Below are positions 1 through 6,985 of a DNA stretch of 47,127 nt, piece after piece (within the stretch, counting starts at the first letter, position 1; each line of letters begins with the position of its first letter). The stretch is from a virus (lineage: Duplodnaviria > Heunggongvirae > Uroviricota > Caudoviricetes): the IMG/VR virus record IMGVR_UViG_3300037502_002518, positions 69,712 through 116,838 of that record, one strand, 5' to 3'. The notes below the pieces were generated by a model. That model made no database searches, was not told where the DNA came from, and was given only the letters and a program-made list of their open reading frames with translations. A program made the translations under genes and the position numbers.

Positions 1-14
1 CAGGCGACCAAGTG

Positions 15-341
15 CTAAATTTTTCTAATCTCTGTTATATCAAAATATTTTTTTAAGTCAATGGTTGTACTAAACTTTAATCCTACACCTAATGTTCCAT
101 CATTCGTCATGTCTTGCGTAAAAGTAGTTGACGTTCTATTTAGAACAGAAACATCGTCAATTCCATCTGCTTCAAACTGAGATTGACTTGGTAACGTAGT
201 TGATACTGTTTGCCAGCCATTGTTATACGTTTTGTAATCGCCTTCATTTGCGAATGAAATAAGTGTTTTATTTTTCGTAAAATTGTACTCATGTGTCCAT
301 GTATCTGGAGTTCTACTCCACCTTGCTATTGCATAAGGCAT
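15..341 (-). CDS. Hypothetical virion/tail-fibre-associated protein
   Basis: 108-aa ORF with upstream RBS (AAGGGTGA). Resembles C-terminal segments of Bacillales tail-fibre accessory proteins. Sits at the end of the tail-tip operon. Confidence 0.45.
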   Translation of the reverse strand: MPYAIARWSRTPDTWTHEYNFTKNKTLISFANEGDYKTYNNGWQTVSTTLPSQSQFEADGIDDVSVLNRTSTTFTQDMTNDGTLGVGLKFSTTIDLKKYFDITEIRKI

Positions 342-345
342 TTAA

Positions 346-549
346 TCACCCTTTCTTGATATTCTTTCTATAATACTCATTCACATAAGGAGTTAGTGGG
401 TTGATATATTTTTTTGTTAAATTAAACCCATTGCAATACATTACCCATCCCTTGTATGAGCTGATACTACACCACTCAGAATAAGACATTTCTTTTCCAG
501 ATTTACACTTGTTTAAAATATTTCTCATTATCTTTATTAGATTAACAAA
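346..549 (-). pseudogene. C-terminal (thumb) remnant of a DGR reverse transcriptase
   Basis: (FVNLIKI)MRNILNKCKSGKEMSYSEWCSISSYKGWVMYCNGFNLTKKYINPLTPYVNEYY matches the recalled C-terminus of Bacillota DGR RTs (M.YSEWCSI.SYKGW...C...L..KYI.P...Y...YY). There is no YxDD core. The open frame begins directly after the stop codon of the CLec target gene. Confidence 0.8.
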
Positions 550-699
550 TTAATACACAAGCCGACAGGCGACAGACGAAATAGCAGCCGAAGCGGAATT
601 GTCCAAGAGGAGATTGAAAACTCCAGCATTCGAAGTATACGACCAATGACTACCAAAAAAAGCAACACGAGCAGAATAGAGAATACCATAATCGTACAG
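550..699 (-). repeat. DGR variable region (VR); no template repeat found in this window
   Basis: Only 1 of the last 49 sense codons ends in A (gga), in a genome rich in A-ending codons. Codons at expected variable positions are NNT/NNC (agt, cat, tat, ctc, gac, gct, att, tct), consistent with an AAY origin. Confidence 0.75.
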
Positions 700-1575
700 T
701 TTGCTACTGTCTGTTCCACCACCTGTTTTTATAATAAATCCTAAATCGCTATTATCATGTACATCTCCAATGTGTCCTAATACATCAGCACTTATTCCAG
801 TCGCATATACCTCATAACCAGCTCCACTGTCATTAAATCCAACATTTCCAATTAACACATTATAACTACTATCCGTTGCAATTCCATCCAACCAATAAAA
901 AGTATTCCCCCACAAATCTTCAATACCTCTATAACTTATTTGTTGCTTTCCAGTTGTTTCTCCAAATGTATTATTACCATACTGGAGTGTACTGCCTGTA
1001 CTTGTAGAACTACTGTTACCATCAACATAACCTCTACCAATCATCGTTTGACTGTCTGGATGTCCAAATTCAGTGATATATAATATCTGAATAGCATAAA
1101 TAAGGTTATAATCTGCTAGTCCCCAACCAGTTCCTCTATTTTCACAATATGTCCTTGCTGTACCAATATTAACATTACCTGCTGGTAACTTATTAGGTAA
1201 GCTTGTAGTAGTTGTCTCGCCACTGCCTACACCCATAAATGCTGACATATATCTATAGTCTACTTCTTCTGCAATACCATCTCCATTACGGTCTCTGTAG
1301 AATGCTGGGTGCAGTTCTAGGTCTGCTTCTTCTTTGTCAGAAATCTTAAAAACTACATCATCACCATCAATTTCTTTCTTATACCAAAATTTTGGTATCT
1401 CAACCATTACCTGCCCATCTGTTCCATTTAAAACAGCAGGACTTCCATCCTCTTTTAATGTAGAATCATTAGGGTCTAAATAATAGTTTACTGTCCCATC
1501 ATCCAGTAAGAGGCAACGTCTCATACCTCCCCACAATGTCTTTATGTCACTAAATTCATTTTGAATTATTGGCAT
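550..1575 (-). CDS. DGR-target-type receptor-binding protein (C-type-lectin/FGE-like fold, Mtd-like)
   Basis: Motifs GQVMVEIPKF, HPAF, YRGIEDLWGN and C-terminal GSHWSYTSNAGVFNLLLDNSASAAISSVACRLVY, typical of the G.W...S.AG.F.L.L...S.....G.RL variable-region end. RBS AAGGATGGTGG. Confidence 0.85.
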   Translation of the reverse strand: MPIIQNEFSDIKTLWGGMRRCLLLDDGTVNYYLDPNDSTLKEDGSPAVLNGTDGQVMVEIPKFWYKKEIDGDDVVFKISDKEEADLELHPAFYRDRNGDGIAEEVDYRYMSAFMGVGSGETTTTSLPNKLPAGNVNIGTARTYCENRGTGWGLADYNLIYAIQILYITEFGHPDSQTMIGRGYVDGNSSSTSTGSTLQYGNNTFGETTGKQQISYRGIEDLWGNTFYWLDGIATDSSYNVLIGNVGFNDSGAGYEVYATGISADVLGHIGDVHDNSDLGFIIKTGGGTDSSKLYDYGILYSARVAFFGSHWSYTSNAGVFNLLLDNSASAAISSVACRLVY

Positions 1576-1670
1576 TTTACCACCATCCTTTGATTTTATC
1601 TAAATTTTGACCCAGTAAATTACTGGGTCAAAAGGGTGTCATTTTGTAAATAAAATATCTCTTTTATCTT

Positions 1671-2018
1671 TTAAACAGTTACTGGCTCTTCTGGTAGACC
1701 AACAATGGTACTTGCTCCAGAACAAACAACAGTTAAGCTTTCGTCAAAATCAATTGCCACCCTTATGTTTCTATTGATTCCTCTTTGTATTTTTCCTGTA
1801 CTGACATCAATTCTTCCTTCTGGTAACAAAGCTGTTTTAATCTCTTCAATAATAGAGCTTTTCCACTGTCTGTCGTTAACATAATAGCTGTCTACCACCA
1901 AGTTTATATTCACAACTCTGTCACCTTGACCACTCTCTGATATTGTTAAAGACAGCGTATCTGGGGTTGGGGATTCTTTACTTAAGTCTTTGTCAAACCA
2001 TATTCTTTTTAGGCTCAC
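1671..2018 (-). CDS. Hypothetical protein (tail-tip operon)
   Basis: 115-aa ORF, co-oriented and closely packed with neighbours. Confidence 0.5.
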   Translation of the reverse strand: MSLKRIWFDKDLSKESPTPDTLSLTISESGQGDRVVNINLVVDSYYVNDRQWKSSIIEEIKTALLPEGRIDVSTGKIQRGINRNIRVAIDFDESLTVVCSGASTIVGLPEEPVTV

Positions 2019-2021
2019 GTC

Positions 2022-2288
2022 TTACACCGCCCTTTCTAAATCAAATGTTCCATCCATCTTATTCATAGAATCATCTAAAATATAAAATCTAACAAACATT
2101 TTGTTTGATTCTCTCTCTTGTGTTCCACCTAGCGATGGACTGGACTCAACAACAGGTTTAAACCTATCAGAATTTTTATATCTGTTGTTATTCTTTCCAA
2201 TTTTAATCATTTTTATGATTTTCTTTATTCCTGTTTTGTTAAAAGATTCAAAGATGCTACCACCTTTTCTTCTTTCAAATAAGCTCAT
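2022..2288 (-). CDS. Hypothetical protein
   Basis: Likely start is the ATG at 2288 (MSLFERRK), just after the upstream stop at 2290-2292. Confidence 0.45.
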   Translation of the reverse strand: MSLFERRKGGSIFESFNKTGIKKIIKMIKIGKNNNRYKNSDRFKPVVESSPSLGGTQERESNKMFVRFYILDDSMNKMDGTFDLERAV

Positions 2289-2289
2289 T

Positions 2290-2553
2290 TTACATCCGTC
2301 CAATCCACTGGTATTCTACCCCAGCTTCAACAATGACAAAACTACTGACTGGCTCGTCTTCGTGTGCTTCAAAGCCTTGTTCAACATCTAAGAAAATTGG
2401 TTCGCTACCATTAATCTTAACTGTACAGGCTGTTTTATTTATAAAACTAAAGCTTTCAAATGAATAGCCATATGTCCAACTTGCTGGTGGATTTGGCATA
2501 ATCTCGTCCATCTCTGTGGAAATTTTTATACTATTCGTTCCCACATATGTCAT
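2290..2553 (-). CDS. Small conserved hypothetical virion protein
   Basis: 87 aa, RBS AGGAGATGA, beta-rich. Confidence 0.55.
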   Translation of the reverse strand: MTYVGTNSIKISTEMDEIMPNPPASWTYGYSFESFSFINKTACTVKINGSEPIFLDVEQGFEAHEDEPVSSFVIVEAGVEYQWIGRM

Positions 2554-2564
2554 AATTTCATCTC

Positions 2565-3125
2565 CTAACTTATATTTATACTGTCAATCCTTTTGTATTT
2601 TAACCTATCTATTGTATATCTATGAAGGTCTCCTGTCTCTACCCATGCTTCATTGTTCATTGTATAATTATAATTTGTTCTTAACCTTAGACCACTTTCC
2701 GATTGAACAAATTCATTTTCTAAAATTTCTGATTGTGTTGCAAAGCCTGAGTATAAAATAGGAGTTGATGTTGTAGTACCAGAAAATAATTCAACCTTTA
2801 CTTGAACATATACTTTAGGAACAGATTGCATTTTCCCTGTGCCATAATTAATCTCAACATATTCTCCCCAAGATAATCCATCATCTGAAGTCCTTGTGTA
2901 TGCTTTGTAGGACTGACCTACTCCAATTGTAGCTGTCAATGCAAGATTTTCTAAAGATGTGTACTTTCCATCAAGTTTAAGAACTTCTGACGTCCAGACT
3001 CCTTGATTTGTATAAACCCCAGTTCCAACCTCTTCTAATTGTAAACTCCCACCTGCTGTTGCCATAGTCATATCATGAATTCCTGTTGAAAAATCTATAG
3101 GAAAACCTATATTGTGCGTTGCCAT
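2565..3125 (-). CDS. Tail-tip/baseplate accessory protein (beta-sandwich with RTSDDGLSWGEY motif)
   Basis: 186 aa. Shares the G...S.....RTS.DG..WGE[YW] pattern with the N-terminal part of 10681..11328. Confidence 0.55.
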   Translation of the reverse strand: MATHNIGFPIDFSTGIHDMTMATAGGSLQLEEVGTGVYTNQGVWTSEVLKLDGKYTSLENLALTATIGVGQSYKAYTRTSDDGLSWGEYVEINYGTGKMQSVPKVYVQVKVELFSGTTTSTPILYSGFATQSEILENEFVQSESGLRLRTNYNYTMNNEAWVETGDLHRYTIDRLKYKRIDSINIS

Positions 3126-3144
3126 TTCAAAATCACCTTCTTTT

Positions 3145-3759
3145 TCATTTTACCTTCCAATGACAAAAGCCTGCATAATTCTTTTTAAGTGGAGCTTTTA
3201 GTCTTTCTTCTCCTACTCCTAATCTCTTTATTACAAGTTCTCCATCCAAGTCAGTATTGGAAACTATCTTAATTTCAAGATAGGCAGGATTATTCTTTGG
3301 AATCATTAAAATATTTTGAAGAGAAAATTGAACTCCATTTTCAAAGCTAATTTTTGTCTTATATCCCAAATTATATTGGTTGATTCCACTTGAATATCCC
3401 TTTCTTGGATTGTGTAAACTTGCATCTGTATACGCATCTTTATAAGTAATCACATCTGTAAATGTTGATTTTGACCTCATTCCAGACAAATCATATGTTC
3501 TGTCTTTTGTTTCGTATGTTGCATAAACTTTTGAGCCATTTAGGTTAAACACACCTGTTGCTGTATCAAAGTAGAATAAGAAACCTTGACCAGACAAACC
3601 AAATGTAATCAAATTTGATTTATTTATTTTATAAAAATCTGTTTTGTCTCCATTATATTCAGAGAACTCTGTAATGTGAGTTCCATTTACATATTCTCCA
3701 AACCACATAAATGCTTGGTTTTTATTGAAACACTTGCCATTTAATTTATCTTTTATCAT
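3145..3759 (-). CDS. Conserved hypothetical protein of SPbeta-like phage tail region
   Basis: 204 aa, RBS AAGGAG. W..EY..GT...EF and QYNLGYK motifs recalled from related Bacillus phages. Confidence 0.55.
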   Translation of the reverse strand: MIKDKLNGKCFNKNQAFMWFGEYVNGTHITEFSEYNGDKTDFYKINKSNLITFGLSGQGFLFYFDTATGVFNLNGSKVYATYETKDRTYDLSGMRSKSTFTDVITYKDAYTDASLHNPRKGYSSGINQYNLGYKTKISFENGVQFSLQNILMIPKNNPAYLEIKIVSNTDLDGELVIKRLGVGEERLKAPLKKNYAGFCHWKVK

Positions 3760-3789
3760 ATCCTTTGTCTCCTTTTTTGTAAAATAACA

Positions 3790-3823
3790 AAAAATATGAA
3801 GAGGTTATCCTCTTCATATTTTT
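3790..3823 (-). terminator. Intrinsic terminator
   Basis: AAAAATATGAAGAGG-ttat-CCTCTTCATATTTTT, with a T-tract following on the minus strand. Confidence 0.75.
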
Positions 3824-4625
3824 AAACAAATCTATAACTTGTTCTAACTTTAATGTCTTGGCGACCTGCTCTTGCACTTGATGGAACAACAATCTTCATT
3901 GTTACATGTGCAAAGTTTGCTTTTGCTTCCGCATAAGACCCATTATTCTCTCCACCCAAAATTCTATCTTGGTTATTTGTTGGAGCGCTACGCTCTTTTT
4001 TTACAGTTCTATATTGTAAATTCCCTAATTCTTCCTCTTTGAACTCTGCCAAATCTTCTGTAGACCAAGTTGGCTCTGTAGGTAAAGTTGTTCCTGCACT
4101 AATAACTTCATAAACAAATCCATTGTCTACAGTTGGTGCAATAATGTCTCCAATGTTGTACGCAACACTTGCTGACCATGTTGTAGTTGTTCCACTTAAA
4201 ACATCTGGATGTGTTGTAATGCCTGTTCCAGAGCCAATTGGATGTGTAATATCTGCTCCAATTTGTGCAAAGTTTGTACTTGTCTCTCCTAGTGTTGGAG
4301 AGAAAGCTTGAAACCATTTTGTATCACCATTGATTGCCCAAACTTCTTTGCCTGTAATATCACCATTGTCACCTTCACTATCTTTAATCCCAATGGTTAC
4401 ATCTTCCATTGTTGGCGCATAATCCATTGAGTCTTTATTGTTCCAAACTAGAAAGTGGTGAAAATCTTCTTCAGATGGGACATAACCTGCATCTACAATC
4501 CCAAAATCATAAGGGTCTCCTGTTATTCCATATTCAATTGTGTTTGTTGTATTGCTTGGGTCTGTCACTAACGTCTCTGCATCATAATTCCACCAAGTTA
4601 CTACTGGGGCTGTTAATTTAGCCAT
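3822..4625 (-). CDS. Tail/baseplate protein with a W..S.AY.IGD carbohydrate-binding-like repeat
   Basis: Contains WSASVAYNIGDIIAPTVDNGFVYEVISAGTTLPTEPTW, paralogous to repeats in 11342..11992. Confidence 0.55.
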   Translation of the reverse strand: MAKLTAPVVTWWNYDAETLVTDPSNTTNTIEYGITGDPYDFGIVDAGYVPSEEDFHHFLVWNNKDSMDYAPTMEDVTIGIKDSEGDNGDITGKEVWAINGDTKWFQAFSPTLGETSTNFAQIGADITHPIGSGTGITTHPDVLSGTTTTWSASVAYNIGDIIAPTVDNGFVYEVISAGTTLPTEPTWSTEDLAEFKEEELGNLQYRTVKKERSAPTNNQDRILGGENNGSYAEAKANFAHVTMKIVVPSSARAGRQDIKVRTSYRFV

Positions 4626-4640
4626 TTAAATCTCTCCTTT

Positions 4641-5795
4641 TTAGTTGTCTATATTTACTATAATTTCTATAGTTACTCCTTCAATTGTTCCCGATAAAAC
4701 TTTTACATTTAATCTAAATACTTCATCTTTCACGACAGAACGAATCAACATTTTTTTATTTCCGTCATCTTTTACTTCTAGTGGTTGAAATTTTAAAATG
4801 TCTGTTCCATCAAAAACTGATGTCCAATCTGCCATATTTAAAGATTTCTCAACATCAATTTCTGTTGCAATGTCTTGACCTGCTTTAAAACAAATCCCTC
4901 TTACATCTACAATTTCTCCATCATATGGAAAATTTACCAGCACGTTATTTGCTCCAATGTTTAAATATGGAATGACAATGACAATGACTTTTTCTTTTGG
5001 AAGCTCTCCTAAATGCTCTAGCTTTTGAAAAGACTCTTTGGACATTAGTCCATCTTCCGTTTCTGAGGCATTTAATATAGACCCACCAAACAAATCAATA
5101 GGAATCCAATCGTTCCCATCATATCTGTACCTTATCCCAGAGTCGTAAACTTGAGTTGTCCACCCAATTGCTGGACTGGGGTAATTATACATAATGTCAT
5201 CATATGTTTGGACATAAGGTTTAAACACAAGCCTTGTTGTTTCATATGCATCCAAAGCTCTTTCTGTAGCATTGTCAGCTCTTTCTGTCGCAATGTTCGC
5301 ACTGTCTGTTGATACTTGGGATGCTTGTAATGCATCTTCTAACATCAACTTTAAAGATTCATAATCGTTTAGTTTTCCCTCAATATTTTTAAATTCATTT
5401 AGGGCTTTTTGAATAATTTGCTCTAAAGTCATTACAACATCATTGTTTTGGTCTTGATGAAAAATTCTAGAAGATGGGTACTGGATTAGACCCCTGCCTT
5501 TATAAGACAGGTTAACTGTGTCGCCTTCTTTATCTCTGCTAAATTGAATTATCCCTGTTGCATAGTCTACAGCAAAAGTTGTTGATGTTAACTCTCTTGC
5601 ATGATATTTTTCATAATTAACTTCTTGCATCCCTTGAATTATAACCCTATCGAACTTTGATGGAATTTCGCTCAAAACTACTTTCTGATTAATTACTTTT
5701 AAATGTTCAACTCTATCTGTATATGGGTCTTCCTCTGTTCCTGCTCTCCATATAATACGTATAGGGTCTAAGAATCCATAGTCGCTATATGCCAT
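4641..5795 (-). CDS. Baseplate/fibre adaptor protein (SPbeta YomF-like N-terminus, coiled coil, C-terminal beta domain)
   Basis: DP.....G...DPY, FAVDYATGIIQF and YKGRGL..YP.SRI motifs (recalled). Central coiled coil. Confidence 0.6.
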   Translation of the reverse strand: MAYSDYGFLDPIRIIWRAGTEEDPYTDRVEHLKVINQKVVLSEIPSKFDRVIIQGMQEVNYEKYHARELTSTTFAVDYATGIIQFSRDKEGDTVNLSYKGRGLIQYPSSRIFHQDQNNDVVMTLEQIIQKALNEFKNIEGKLNDYESLKLMLEDALQASQVSTDSANIATERADNATERALDAYETTRLVFKPYVQTYDDIMYNYPSPAIGWTTQVYDSGIRYRYDGNDWIPIDLFGGSILNASETEDGLMSKESFQKLEHLGELPKEKVIVIVIPYLNIGANNVLVNFPYDGEIVDVRGICFKAGQDIATEIDVEKSLNMADWTSVFDGTDILKFQPLEVKDDGNKKMLIRSVVKDEVFRLNVKVLSGTIEGVTIEIIVNIDN

Positions 5796-5810
5796 TTCTT
5801 CACCTCTATT

Positions 5811-6866
5811 CTATTCAAAAGTTACTCTTACTCTTACATTTCTATTAAAGTGCAAGTATCTTGTTTCGATTCCAGATGGTATATGGAAGGCTACCCCTGT
5901 CATGTCACCATTTGAGAGTAAATCGTTATAGGCAGGGGGCAATGTCATCCATTTTTCTTCACTTCTTTGCCAGCCTGTGCCATCTTGACCTACTCTATTA
6001 GTGTACTGATTGTATAAAGGTGGCTCATTCATTGGTAATCCTGTGTTTGGCTCTGGTGATAATCTTGTCAATTTGTGAGTCCACACATCTAACTTTATTT
6101 CATGAGCATAACCTTGTGAGTCATTTCTTTTTAGATAAAGTTCAATAGACTTGACATTTTTACCAAGGGCTTCTGCCCTAACTTGAGATGGGAATAAAAT
6201 ACAACCCTTATGATTACCCCAGTTTGTTCCTACATCTGCTCCATCAAGCTCTGTCCATGATGATTGGTATACATAATATGCATCCTCTGGTGTTGAACCA
6301 CTTGATTCGGTTCTCCATCCCCAATTATCCCTCCAAGAGCGTGTTTCTACAAATACCCCTGTTCCATCTCCAACTTCAATTGGGTCTGGAACAGGAATAG
6401 GTTCTGGTGTTTGGTTTGAATAGTCACCATCTGGCAATGACTCTCCCTCAGTACCCACATAAACATTTGTTGCCCCTGTTTTTATGTCTGTTTTAAAAGA
6501 ACTGGCATGAGTTTGAACTTCGCTATTTACAACAGCAGATAAAGTGTTGTTTACATATACATTAGATAAATTTCCTTCAGTCACTTGACCTGTTGCACTT
6601 GTATGACCATTATCTCCAACAGGAGAGTCATTTTCTGTTGTTGAAGCTCCAACTGTAACTGCTTTGCCTGACTCAACATATACATTTGATGAATTTCCAT
6701 TGACATGTCCAGATATTTGTGTGCTATAGTATTCTGTATACCATCCTCCAACACAATTTCCATTACTGTCCAAATATTTACAAGTGTCCCATTTTTGCTC
6801 TTTTGTGTGATTTCCTGCTGTTATTGTAGTTAAAGCTCCACCATCTTTAGCTATTTTATTTCCCAA
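5811..6866 (-). CDS. PAAR-like spike-tip protein with Pro-rich linker and C-terminal extension
   Basis: Likely TTG start at 6866 (RBS GAGAGGCGG) giving MGNKIAKDG. Repeats SSNVYVESGKAVTVGA, SNVYVNNTLSAVVNS, TGATNVYVG. His residues in GNHT, NGHT, QTH. The ORF caller start at 6923 overlaps a regulatory motif. Confidence 0.65.
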   Translation of the reverse strand: MGNKIAKDGGALTTITAGNHTKEQKWDTCKYLDSNGNCVGGWYTEYYSTQISGHVNGNSSNVYVESGKAVTVGASTTENDSPVGDNGHTSATGQVTEGNLSNVYVNNTLSAVVNSEVQTHASSFKTDIKTGATNVYVGTEGESLPDGDYSNQTPEPIPVPDPIEVGDGTGVFVETRSWRDNWGWRTESSGSTPEDAYYVYQSSWTELDGADVGTNWGNHKGCILFPSQVRAEALGKNVKSIELYLKRNDSQGYAHEIKLDVWTHKLTRLSPEPNTGLPMNEPPLYNQYTNRVGQDGTGWQRSEEKWMTLPPAYNDLLSNGDMTGVAFHIPSGIETRYLHFNRNVRVRVTFE

Positions 6867-6901
6867 AAAAACACCGCCTCTCGCAATTATTTTCCAAATT
6901 G

Positions 6902-6953
6902 CCCCTCTACTAATAATAGTCACTTCTCCTAAAAAATGTGACGGTTTTTATCC
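6902..6953 (-). promoter_or_regulatory. 52-bp conserved motif, copy 1 (candidate late promoter/activator site)
   Basis: 44/52 identical without gaps to 37724-37775. Contains a GTCAC-N-GTGAC dyad next to an AT-rich -10-like segment. Confidence 0.6.
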
Positions 6954-6985
6954 GCCACATTAGATAGGAAAATCCTTTACAAATC

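Noticed and set aside
537-722. Alternative-frame ORF (MVEQTVANC...) over the VR
   Set aside because: Overlaps the CLec gene and stays open only because A-poor VR codons avoid stops. No RBS.
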